Notes: generated by a model not told the origin, from the letters alone. Positions 1 to 8,086 are shown, counted from the first letter of the stretch. The stretch is DNA of 64,000 bases from an uncultured Ruminococcus sp. (GCA_964399215.1 CAYNPW010000002.1:41554-105553); one strand, 5' to 3'. Numbers and translations are program-made.

Positions 1-1078
1 CCTTTTCCACGCGCAGAAAATCCTCCTCGCCGTTAAAGGGAGTAATCATCAGCACAACGTATTTAAAATCGGTATATTCGGGCTCGATGCCGTATTCCCG
101 TAATCTGTTTCCAAGCTCATTGCCCTCAAAGCCGCTGTCGTTGGCAGACACGGTTATCTTGCAGGGTTCGTCTCCGCACAGCTTCCAGCCGCACAAAATG
201 AGGCGTTTTTTACAGATCTCCGCACGCCGTACCGTTTCTGCTAAATCTGCCTTGTAGGATTTTTTCAAATAATCGCCGCACATATCCAGACTCTGCATAA
301 TAAGATACGACGGACTTGTGGACGCAAACAGCGACATAACATTTTTAGCGTACGTTATAAATTCCTTTGGCGCGGACTTTGAAATGTGCAGTAACGCTCC
401 GCCGGTATAGCATGGAAGGGTTTTGTGCGCGGAATCACAGCACATATCCGCTCCCAGTGATATCGGGTGGAGACTTTTATCCAGAAAATTCAAATAAGCT
501 CCGTGGGCATTGTCGCACAGTAGGGGAACTCCGTGTTTACGGCATATTTCCGCAATCCCCATAATGTCGCAGAGATTTCCCAAATAGTCGGGAGAGGTCA
601 CATAAGCGCAGTCGGGTCTGCGTGGACAGTCCGCCAGAGCCGATTGAATATCCTCGGGAGTTATCTCGCTTGAGCATATCGAAACGCTGCTGCGGGCGGG
701 ATATACCCAGAAAACCTCAATATCAAGCAGAATGCAGGCGTTTATAAAAGCCTTATGAACGTTCCTCGGAGCAATTACAAGCATTTTCTCGGATTTATTC
801 CTGCGCGTCTGATTGACAATACCCAGCATAGTCTTAATGCAAAGACTTGAACCCTCGGTAGAGTACAGCGTTTTTGCTGTACCGAAAGCATCGGACATCT
901 GAGCCTCACTTTGAGCTATGATACCCTCGGGTTCAAAAAGATAGTCCGCACCTTTTATTTCAGTTATGTCAAGCTTTTCCATGCCGTGGAAATTTACGCC
1001 CTTATGTCCGGGCATATGAAAGCGGGAAATCTCTTCAGCCGCGTATTTATTTATAAAATCGCAAATGGGAGTAGACAA
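1..1078 (-). CDS. Orn/Lys/Arg decarboxylase-family PLP-dependent enzyme (N-terminal part; C-terminus runs off the window)
   Basis: Not in the supplied ORF track because it is open to the window edge. My translation of the minus strand from TTG at 1078 gives STPICDFINKYAAEEISRFHMPGHKG ... CDSAHKTLP. This shows the FHMPGHKG signature and an S-x-HK PLP-lysine motif of this family. No stop codon down to position 1. Confidence 0.75.
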   Translation of the reverse strand, partial: MSTPICDFINKYAAEEISRFHMPGHKGVNFHGMEKLDITEIKGADYLFEPEGIIAQSEAQMSDAFGTAKTLYSTEGSSLCIKTMLGIVNQTRRNKSEKMLVIAPRNVHKAFINACILLDIEVFWVYPARSSVSICSSEITPEDIQSALADCPRRPDCAYVTSPDYLGNLCDIMGIAEICRKHGVPLLCDNAHGAYLNFLDKSLHPISLGADMCCDSAHKTLPCYTGGALLHISKSAPKEFITYAKNVMSLFASTSPSYLIMQSLDMCGDYLKKSYKADLAETVRRAEICKKRLILCGWKLCGDEPCKITVSANDSGFEGNELGNRLREYGIEPEYTDFKYVVLMITPFNGEEDFLRVEK

Positions 1079-1117
1079 TTAAAACACCCTTTCTAAAACG
1101 GCTACCGTAAAAATGTA

Positions 1118-1438
1118 TTATTTACTGTTTTGCAGCAGACGTCTGAGAGCCGTCCTTTGCGCTCCTCGTAATAACCGCTCGCGTCCTCGGAAGATCGTTC
1201 GTGAAACAGTTGATTTAGCCACGCCAAAACGGGCGGCGATCTCCTCCATGGTCAGACCGTCTCTGTAATATAACATTATATAACATTTTTGCTTGTTAGT
1301 CAAATTATCGTCAAGCAAACTTCTGATAATACTGTTGTCGATACTTCTGTTTTCTGTTTCACAGAGCGGCTCTACCATAGTCGTCTTGTCTCCGATATAT
1401 ACCTCAGCGCGGTCATAGGATATTCTTTTCATTGTCAA
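1118..1438 (-). CDS. small sigma-70 region-4 / YlxM-like helix-turn-helix protein (106 aa)
   Basis: ORF track 1118..1438. The segment LTNKQKCYIMLYYRDGLTMEEIAARFGVAKSTVSRTIFRGRERL matches the region 4.2 HTH pattern; no region 2 is present. AGGAGG lies 8 nt before the TTG start. Only 39 nt separate it from the downstream decarboxylase gene, so they are probably co-transcribed. Confidence 0.6.
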   Translation of the reverse strand: MTMKRISYDRAEVYIGDKTTMVEPLCETENRSIDNSIIRSLLDDNLTNKQKCYIMLYYRDGLTMEEIAARFGVAKSTVSRTIFRGRERLLRGAQRTALRRLLQNSK

Positions 1439-1465
1439 TATGTATTCCTCCTTGTATAAAATTCC

Positions 1466-1479
1466 AGAACAAATGTTCT
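1466..1479. promoter_or_regulatory. LexA (Cheo/DinR-type SOS) box AGAACAAATGTTCT
   Basis: Perfect GAAC-N4-GTTC palindrome (1467..1478), matching the Firmicute LexA operator consensus CGAACnnnnGTTCG. It lies immediately downstream of the minus-strand -10 element of the 1118..1438 gene. Confidence 0.6.
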
Positions 1480-1485
1480 AAATTT

Positions 1486-1514
1486 AGTATACCATATATT
1501 GTGGTGTAAGTCAA
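1486..1514 (-). promoter_or_regulatory. sigma-A-type promoter TTGACT-17-TATACT for the region-4 protein / decarboxylase unit
   Basis: On the minus strand, the -35 TTGACT is at 1514..1509 and the -10 TATACT at 1491..1486, with a 17 nt spacer. The LexA box follows directly. Confidence 0.5.
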
Positions 1515-1585
1515 GTCGTAAAACTATTTTTTTAAAATTTGGTGAAATTGAGGGAAATTAATCGGACTGTTTGTGCAATTTACCG

Positions 1586-1614
1586 TTGATTTTTGCGGAA
1601 ATATGTGTTATAAT
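1586..1614 (+). promoter_or_regulatory. sigma-A-type promoter TTGATT-17-TATAAT (extended TGT) upstream of the DUF896 gene
   Basis: TTGATT at 1586..1591 and TATAAT at 1609..1614, with a 17 nt spacer ending in TGT. This would give a leader of about 210 nt before the ATG at 1828. Confidence 0.5.
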
Positions 1615-1827
1615 AGTGCATAAAGAATGGGTAAGGGCGTTTTATTGGACTTATAAAATCATAAATAAAAAGATAAAAAATACAGAAAAGTTCCGGAAAA
1701 TGTCATCTTGTTCTCAGGGTATTGTGTAAGCCCGAAAATTTCTTTGAAAACAATATGTTCCGAAAAAATATAAAATAAAACCTAAAAGGACGGGACAAAT
1801 TTATTCCAAGGAGCAGTGTAAAAATTT

Positions 1828-2049
1828 ATGGAGAAAAAAAAGCTTGACAGATTGTCCGAGCTCACAGCTATTTCCCGGCAGAGAGATCTTACAGATACGG
1901 AAATATCCGAAAGAGAGACTCTCAGGACGGAGTATCGGCAGGCAGTGCTGGCGAATTTTACCAACACGCTGGAGCATACGACTATCGTTGAACCGGACGG
2001 TTCAAGAATCAAAGTTTCGGATCGGAAACGCAGCGGGGAGGATAAATAA
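1828..2049 (+). CDS. DUF896 / UPF0291 (YnzC-like) small protein
   Basis: The 73 aa sequence KKKLDRLSELTAISRQRDLTDTEISERETLRTEYRQAVLANFTNTLEHTTIVEPDG follows the B. subtilis YnzC pattern (helical hairpin, then ..I.DP.G). AAGGAG RBS upstream. Confidence 0.8.
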   Translation: MEKKKLDRLSELTAISRQRDLTDTEISERETLRTEYRQAVLANFTNTLEHTTIVEPDGSRIKVSDRKRSGEDK

Positions 2050-2050
2050 A

Positions 2051-3037
2051 GTGGCTGGATTATCAAGACAAAAGCAAAAGCTTTTAACTATGAAAAAGCT
2101 TTTTGAAAGCAAAACCGACGAAAACCATTCTATAACAGGCGCTAAGCTTATTGAGACCTTGGCGTTGGACGGTATAAAGGCTGAGAGAAAGACTATCTAC
2201 GACGACATAAAGACACTCTGCGACAGCGGTATGGATATCGAAGTCACTAAAGACGGTCATTCAAACGCCTATTATCTGGGGACAAGGACTTTTCAGGACG
2301 AGGAGTTGTTCGTTCTTGCGGACGCTGTCGCATCGTGCAGATTTCTGACAAAGAAGAAATCGCAGGAGCTTATCCGGAAAATTCAGACCCTTACCTCCGA
2401 ATATAAGGCTAAGCAGCTAAGACGTCTGATATATGTTGATAACCGTACCAAGAACTTTAACGAGCAGATCTATTATGCTATCAATAAAATACAGGCGGGA
2501 ATTTTTGACGGGCTGGAGATAAGATTCAGATATACCGAGTTCAATCCCGATAAAAAGCAGATATTAAAGCACGGCGGAGAGGTTTACAGTGTTTCTCCGT
2601 ATTCACTGGTGTGGGAAAATGAGAATTACTATCTTGTTTGCTACTGTAATAAGCACGAAAAAATCTGCCGTTACAGAGTTGACAGAATGGTAAGCGTTGA
2701 GGTTTCGGAGGTTTCCGCAAGACCTATGACTGACGAGGATAAACAGGAGGTTGCCAATATGCAGTCTCTTTACGGTATGTACGGCGGAGAGCTGATGAGC
2801 GTTACAATGCAGTTTGATAATTCCCTTGCCAATGTGGTCATAGATAAGTTCGGTATGAACTGTCATCCGCATAGAAATTCTGAGGACACTTTCTGTCTTA
2901 CAGCAGACGTTCAGATCGCTCCTACTTTCTGGGGCTGGTTTTTCCAGTTTGGCAGTAAAGCAAGGATAATTGCTCCCGAAAGCGCTGTGGAACAGGCTAA
3001 GCAGTACATAGACGGTTTGAGCGCGAATTATAAATAG
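2051..3037 (+). CDS. WYL-domain transcriptional regulator (wHTH-WYL-WCX architecture)
   Basis: The track ORF 1844..3037 overlaps the DUF896 gene. Family N-termini start around SRQKQKLLTMKKLFESKTDENHSITGAKL, so GTG 2051 (1 nt after the DUF896 stop) is the likely start. The WYL core is PYSLVWENENYYLVCYCNKHEKICRYRVDRM. Confidence 0.8.
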   Translation: MAGLSRQKQKLLTMKKLFESKTDENHSITGAKLIETLALDGIKAERKTIYDDIKTLCDSGMDIEVTKDGHSNAYYLGTRTFQDEELFVLADAVASCRFLTKKKSQELIRKIQTLTSEYKAKQLRRLIYVDNRTKNFNEQIYYAINKIQAGIFDGLEIRFRYTEFNPDKKQILKHGGEVYSVSPYSLVWENENYYLVCYCNKHEKICRYRVDRMVSVEVSEVSARPMTDEDKQEVANMQSLYGMYGGELMSVTMQFDNSLANVVIDKFGMNCHPHRNSEDTFCLTADVQIAPTFWGWFFQFGSKARIIAPESAVEQAKQYIDGLSANYK

Positions 3038-3161
3038 AGCTTACATACGGAAATTGTTTTGGAGAAACGATTGACGAGAAAGAGAAAGATACGGGAAAAT
3101 GCCTCCTGACAGCGATATTCGGCGGATCAGGGGGTGTTTTGTATACAAAGGAGAACAATAT

Positions 3162-3590
3162 ATGGACGTACTTGTGGCTATAGTGATAATACTTTGTATA
3201 ATCAGCATTCCGCTGATTATTGTGGTGGGAATAAGCTGTCTGCCTTTTATTATACTGCTGGCGCTGTTTATACTGGGTATAAAAATGGTGATAAATCCTT
3301 GGTTCGCCAATCGTGAAAAATCACGGCTTGACGAGAACCACATACTTTTGATCCCGCAGAGGCAGGTAGTTCGAGTGGACGTGAATATGAACGTTAACGG
3401 TTATAATCCCTATGTTATCGACTGCTACTACACTGACGAAAATACGGGACGTGAGTTTGTGTTTACCAGCAAGCCGTTTATGACAGACCCCACTCCTTAT
3501 CTGAACGGAGTGACCTTGGGAGTGTTCGTGAATTCTGTGGATTACTCAAATTATTATGTTGACATAAGTAAGCTTCCGCCAAATCTGTAA
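3162..3590 (+). CDS. membrane protein, two N-terminal TM helices plus beta-rich C-terminal domain (DUF3592-like)
   Basis: The start was moved to ATG 3162, which follows AAAGGAGA. The hydrophobic N-terminus is MDVLVAIVIILCIISIPLIIVVGISCLPFIILLALFILG. The C-terminal motif TGREFVFTSKPF resembles the 17004..17636 product. Confidence 0.55.
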   Translation: MDVLVAIVIILCIISIPLIIVVGISCLPFIILLALFILGIKMVINPWFANREKSRLDENHILLIPQRQVVRVDVNMNVNGYNPYVIDCYYTDENTGREFVFTSKPFMTDPTPYLNGVTLGVFVNSVDYSNYYVDISKLPPNL

Positions 3591-3610
3591 TTAACCAAAA
3601 TCTCAAATAT

Positions 3611-3660
3611 CGCATAAAATGTATCAGCCCTGCAAGGTACATTTTATGCGATTTGTTTTT
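3611..3660 (+). terminator. rho-independent terminator
   Basis: A 13 bp perfect stem, CGCATAAAATGTA (3611..3623) pairing with TACATTTTATGCG (3638..3650), followed by ATTTGTTTTT. Confidence 0.8.
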
Positions 3661-3775
3661 ATGCGGTGATTATTTTTATGTAAAGCGGGAATAATAACCG
3701 CAGAGGAAAAAATCGCTAAAATATTCTGATCTGAAAAGAGCAGATCAGCGCAACAAAAGATAAGGAGTGTTTCAG

Positions 3776-4135
3776 GTGACAGTTCACAGAGGCGATATTT
3801 ACTATGCGGATCTGAGCCCCGTAGTAGGCTCGGAGCAGGGTGGTCTAAGACCCGTACTGATAGTACAGAACGATGTGGGCAACAAGCATTCGCCCACAGT
3901 AATAGCAGCTGCGATAACCAGTCAGCGTGAGAAAGCAAAGCTTCCCACACATATAGAGCTGGGAGGAGGTACCTGCGGTCTTGCCAAGGACTCGGTTGTA
4001 CTTCTCGAACAAATCCGTACATTAGACAAAAAGCGGCTCAGAGAGAAAATGGGTACCCTCGATGTAAGCTCAATGACAGCGGTGAACTCGGCATTATCAG
4101 TAAGCTTCGGACTTAACAGCAATACAAATGTCTGA
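3776..4135 (+). CDS. mazF: MazF/EndoA (PemK-family) mRNA interferase toxin
   Basis: [55 protein letters not shown] is near-colinear with B. subtilis EndoA. GTG 3776 lies 8 nt after AAGGAG and is preferred over the track start at 3767. Confidence 0.85.
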   Translation: MTVHRGDIYYADLSPVVGSEQGGLRPVLIVQNDVGNKHSPTVIAAAITSQREKAKLPTHIELGGGTCGLAKDSVVLLEQIRTLDKKRLREKMGTLDVSSMTAVNSALSVSFGLNSNTNV

Positions 4136-4175
4136 AAAACGCCCCGCAGAACCATTCGTTCTGCGGGGCATAATT
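4136..4175. terminator. bidirectional terminator between convergent mazF and the DD-carboxypeptidase gene
   Basis: Stem GCCCCGCAGAAC (4141..4152) pairs with GTTCTGCGGGGC (4158..4169). There is an A-run before and AT-rich sequence after, giving a U-run on the minus strand. Confidence 0.8.
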
Positions 4176-4188
4176 ATTCATGACTGAA

Positions 4189-5337
4189 TTATGCAACGCT
4201 TGTATCGTCGCTCTGAGAACTGTCGCTGTCATCGCTGTTTTCATCATTTGTACCTACTGCTCCCGGCAGATAGTTCTCAAAAACAGCGATCGTGTCCTCA
4301 ACGGAAAGCAGCTCGTCCTTTGACTTTGCAGTTACACAGATATATTCCGTGCCCTCATATTCAATAATACTGGAAAGCGTGTAAAGAGCCTCGTCGGTAA
4401 AACCTGTTTTTCCTCCCAGTACTTCTGCGTCTCCTTCTCCGTCGCCGTCGGTATCGATCCAGTAGCCTAAATATCTTGTGTGGAAAATACTTGTAAGTTC
4501 AATACCGTCCTCGTGCTGTTCCGTCTTTGAGGTAGTATAGTCCGACGCTTCAAGAACCTCTCTGCAAATGTCGTTATCCAGACAAGCCTTAGTAATAGCG
4601 GCTATATCCTGAACAGTCGAGTAGTGATCCTCATCGTGAAGCCCGCTTGCATTTACAAAATGAGAAGAGGAAAGTCCCAGCTCTGTTAATTTAAGATTCA
4701 TAAGCTCGACAAAATTTTCCTCGGAACCGGCAACTCCCTTTGCAAGCCCCAATGTACCGTCTGCTCCGCTTACAAGAATTGACGCATAAAGCAGATCCTG
4801 CATGGTTACTTCTTCGTCAGCTTCAAAACCTGCACGTGAAGCGTTTTCTTCAATGAGAGGGTCAATATCGTCGCTTGTAAATTTGTATGTAGCGTCCATA
4901 TCCTCGATATTCTCGGCTGCGACCAGCAAAGTGAGCAGCTTTGTCAGCGATGCGGGATATATTTCCTTATCATACTTGTAACCTGCAATGATCTCGTTTG
5001 TGTCTGCATTGATCAGAACAGCGGATGCTGCAGTCATATCTTCAAGATCAATACTCTTGTAGGTATCAGAGATCTGAGGAAGTATTGACGGCTTTGTTTC
5101 GGGAATTTCCGCAAATGAAGAACTGTCGGGCGCCGATGACGAGCTTTCAGCCTCGGAACTTGAAACGTCATCATATCCCGGAGGAGGCGGAGCCTCTACC
5201 GTCTTGCTTGCCTGAATGCTGTTTCTGCCCGTAACAACCATAGCGGCAGAGCCTACTGCAACCAGCATTATAACTACGAGCACTGCGACAACAGCCGCAC
5301 CGCCCCTGCGGTTTGATCTTCTCATTTTTTCTACCAA
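4189..5337 (-). CDS. D-alanyl-D-alanine carboxypeptidase (peptidase S11, membrane anchored)
   Basis: N-terminal TM segment, SxxK motif (PASLTKLLT), KTG motif (GGKTGFT) and a Ser-rich linker. Confidence 0.8.
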   Translation of the reverse strand: MVEKMRRSNRRGGAAVVAVLVVIMLVAVGSAAMVVTGRNSIQASKTVEAPPPPGYDDVSSSEAESSSSAPDSSSFAEIPETKPSILPQISDTYKSIDLEDMTAASAVLINADTNEIIAGYKYDKEIYPASLTKLLTLLVAAENIEDMDATYKFTSDDIDPLIEENASRAGFEADEEVTMQDLLYASILVSGADGTLGLAKGVAGSEENFVELMNLKLTELGLSSSHFVNASGLHDEDHYSTVQDIAAITKACLDNDICREVLEASDYTTSKTEQHEDGIELTSIFHTRYLGYWIDTDGDGEGDAEVLGGKTGFTDEALYTLSSIIEYEGTEYICVTAKSKDELLSVEDTIAVFENYLPGAVGTNDENSDDSDSSQSDDTSVA

Positions 5338-5357
5338 TCCTTTCCGTGTGCGTTAAG

Positions 5358-5792
5358 TTAATTACATTCCTTTTGATTTTGAAATTCTTTTATTGTCTTA
5401 TAGCAGTATTGCAGAATATCTCTTCTGGTAACAATGCCAATAAAAACTTTTCTGTCGTCAACCACAGGCACAAAGTTCTGATCCATACTCAGCAGTATCA
5501 GATCCTCTATGGAGGAAGAAATATAAACAGGCTTTATCTCAGCTCGTCCGCTTATCTGACTTACAGAATACTTTTCCATTTCACGTATGTCGTAAATACC
5601 CTTATCGAGCATAAGGTGAAGGAAATCGCCCTCTGCGGCAGTTTTTATATATTCTCCCTTTCTGTTGATAACGGGAACTGCCGTAAATCTGTGGTTCCTG
5701 ATCTTTTCAAGAGCCTGTCTTGCCGTATAGTCATCATAGATGTAGTCAATACAGACCTTAGGCTTCAGCAGTTGAAGTATATTCATTTTCAA
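5358..5792 (-). CDS. stand-alone CBS-pair domain protein (CbpB/DarB-like size)
   Basis: 144 aa with two CBS-like repeats (FTAVPVINRKGEYI ... FVPVVDDRKVFIGIVTRRDI). It has the same size and layout as B. subtilis YkuL. Confidence 0.7.
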   Translation of the reverse strand: MKMNILQLLKPKVCIDYIYDDYTARQALEKIRNHRFTAVPVINRKGEYIKTAAEGDFLHLMLDKGIYDIREMEKYSVSQISGRAEIKPVYISSSIEDLILLSMDQNFVPVVDDRKVFIGIVTRRDILQYCYKTIKEFQNQKECN

Positions 5793-5813
5793 TATGTCCT
5801 TATAATATGTAAG

Positions 5814-6851
5814 TTAATTGTATCCGTAAAGATACACAAGAGCGGTAAATTCCTCATAGGAAATGGTCTTGAGCGATTCGTCGGTTATTTCTTCCTGCGC
5901 AAGCTCTTCGGGAGTAACTCCTGCAGTGACAAAAATAGCCTGACAATATCCGAGACGTCTTTCCTCAGTCATATTGTTGAAATCAACCAGAGTTTCAATA
6001 AAAGACGTGTCAAAAACGGACTTATCTATTTCCTGCGTCTCTGTTTCAGCTTCGGAAGAAGCTTCGGAAGAAATGTAATCGGTCCGACTGTCGGTCACAG
6101 AACTGTCTTGCGCAATGAACGAGCTGTCTGCGTCGGACGAAATATTTTCCGCAGGCTCAAAAGAAGGAATAAAATCGTAAAACTCTCTCGTTTCAGTGAT
6201 GTCGTCATCGCCCTCTACAGAATAAGTGGCGGTGTATTTGACCGGAGCCCCTGTGGACCTGTCAAAGCAGAAATCCAAAACAGTGATGTAGGTATCGCCC
6301 GTATAGGTATATTCCTCCACATCGTAAAGCGCGGCGTCCTCCTCGTTTATATGTGTGGAGGTCATAGGAAGATTTTCTTCTATGATGCTTTCTATAATGC
6401 TGTCGGGCCTTTCAGCGGAACTCTTACGGTAGATACCGCAGACCATATCAAAGTCGTAGCATTCCTCACCGACTCTGATACTGCCGCTTTCCCCGATGAC
6501 GTTTTTCTGCAGCTGATAAAAGTCATCTCCGTCAGCAACTCTGTAAATATCAGTAACATTGCCCTCATAATCCGTATATTTTATACGCAGACTGTAGCTT
6601 TCGCTGTTCAGAAAATCATATGTTTTTCTCAGAAGAGTATCGCTGTTATCCGTTTGACTGCTGTCATCGCTGTCGGCGGAACTGTTAGTATCATTATCGG
6701 AGGGGCTGTCGCTGTTGTCAGATTTATCAGCCTGACTAACAGCCGAATTTTTTGAACTGACGTCTTTATCCGAGCCGCTGTCCGAGCAAGCCGCACACAT
6801 CACAGCAATTAAAGCTGCGAAAAACGCCGCAGTAATTTTCAGACGTACCAT
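5814..6851 (-). CDS. lipoprotein of unknown function, acidic Ser/Asp-rich linker
   Basis: Signal peptide with lipobox (AVMCAACSD). No recognisable catalytic motif. Confidence 0.6.
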   Translation of the reverse strand: MVRLKITAAFFAALIAVMCAACSDSGSDKDVSSKNSAVSQADKSDNSDSPSDNDTNSSADSDDSSQTDNSDTLLRKTYDFLNSESYSLRIKYTDYEGNVTDIYRVADGDDFYQLQKNVIGESGSIRVGEECYDFDMVCGIYRKSSAERPDSIIESIIEENLPMTSTHINEEDAALYDVEEYTYTGDTYITVLDFCFDRSTGAPVKYTATYSVEGDDDITETREFYDFIPSFEPAENISSDADSSFIAQDSSVTDSRTDYISSEASSEAETETQEIDKSVFDTSFIETLVDFNNMTEERRLGYCQAIFVTAGVTPEELAQEEITDESLKTISYEEFTALVYLYGYN

Positions 6852-7015
6852 ATTACAATCCTTTCGGTATTACAAACTGCACAAACACATAATTATATAA
6901 TAAATAATTATACACCAGTGAAACGGTTATGTCAAGTGAAAAATTTTCATAAAAACGATTTGATGATCTCAGCGCGCATTTGCGCCGTTTATGATTATGT
7001 CAGTACGAAATGACA

Positions 7016-7654
7016 TTATTTTTTGCTTTTCTTTATTTTAGGACACAAATCATTAAGAGGACATACCGAGCATTTTTCGCCTCTTGCTTTGCAGTACTCA
7101 CGTCCGAACAGCACAAGTCTATGGCAGAAGTCCGAGGATTTATCCGAAGGAAGTATCTTTCTCAGATCCGTTTCAACCTTGACCGGTTCGGTATTTTTGG
7201 TCAGACCTAACCGTCCGCATATTCTGATACAGTGCGTATCGGTCACGACCGCAGGCTTATGGAAAACATCTCCCATAATAAGATTGGCGGTTTTGCGCCC
7301 TATACCCGCAAGCTTAGTAAGCTCTTCTATGCTGTCAGGGATTTCACCGCCGAAGTCGTCTCTTATCTGCCGGCACATGGTGACTATCGACAGGGCTTTG
7401 GTCTTGTAAAGTCCGCAGGGCTTAATGATTTCCGCTACATCGTCGACTTCTGCCGCTGCAAAGTCGTTTATGGTCTTGTATTTCGCAAAAAGGTCTTTTG
7501 TGACTATATTTACTCTGGCGTCGGTACACTGTGCCGACAGACGTCCCGCTATCATAAGCTCGTGGGGATTTTCATATGTAAGGGAGCATATGGCGTCGGG
7601 ATATTGTTCTTCCAGACGCTTTATAATCGCCGATGTTTTTTCTTTTTTAGTCAT
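7016..7654 (-). CDS. nth: endonuclease III
   Basis: HhH-GPD motif (LTKLAGIGRKTANLI) and a C-terminal 4Fe-4S cluster loop (C-x6-C-x2-C-x5-C: CKARGEKCSVCPLNDLC). Confidence 0.9.
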   Translation of the reverse strand: MTKKEKTSAIIKRLEEQYPDAICSLTYENPHELMIAGRLSAQCTDARVNIVTKDLFAKYKTINDFAAAEVDDVAEIIKPCGLYKTKALSIVTMCRQIRDDFGGEIPDSIEELTKLAGIGRKTANLIMGDVFHKPAVVTDTHCIRICGRLGLTKNTEPVKVETDLRKILPSDKSSDFCHRLVLFGREYCKARGEKCSVCPLNDLCPKIKKSKK

Positions 7655-8001
7655 AAAATTTCTCCTCTGATCTAAAATATTATCATTTGACTATAAGTAT
7701 ATCACAATTCGGCGGATTTCGCAAGTATATATCATTTATCACAGAAAATGCAGGATTTAAAATGCAAAAATTCATTTTTGACGCCGTTCGTGCAATATAA
7801 CGCCCGAACTCGTGATATAACGGAGGAAATTCATTGATCTTTATTTTTGAAAATTGTAAATTAAACCTATGAAATTTACACTTGCGCCATAAATTTTGGC
7901 TGATTTTATGAAATTTATTGGTCTTTTAGTGGCGTATTTCAAATTTTGTGCTCCATTTTTATATAATTTCCATAAAAATTTGAAATTTCTGCTCTCGGGA
8001 C

Positions 8002-8030
8002 TTGCAAAATCAAGAATAGTATGTTATAAT
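8002..8030 (+). promoter_or_regulatory. sigma-A-type promoter TTGCAA-17-TATAAT (extended TGT) for gdhA
   Basis: TTGCAA at 8002..8007 and TATAAT at 8025..8030, with a 17 nt spacer. Confidence 0.5.
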
Positions 8031-8086
8031 GTATTGCGTAAGGTAAAGTGGACGGCAAGGTTCACACATTTACATTAAAATCATAA

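Noticed and set aside
1746-1761. Second LexA-like sequence GAAAACAATATGTTCC in the DUF896 leader
   Set aside because: The half-sites do not fit GAAC-N4-GTTC. The spacing would be 5, or the half-sites would be AAAC/TGTT. I do not count it as an SOS box.
1844-2050. N-terminal 69 codons of the track ORF 1844..3037
   Set aside because: This extension overlaps the DUF896 gene in another frame. WYL-regulator N-termini begin at the wHTH (SRQKQKLL...), so GTG 2051 is the better start.
5313-6755. 480 aa ORF on the plus strand
   Set aside because: It is entirely antisense to two well-supported minus-strand genes, the CBS protein and the lipoprotein. The sequence is low-complexity and Ile/Phe/Val-rich, with no motif and no RBS. 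This is a typical shadow ORF.
7896-8078. 60 aa ORF in the nth-gdhA intergenic region
   Set aside because: It spans the gdhA promoter, has no RBS and shows odd composition. The region is better explained as regulatory DNA.
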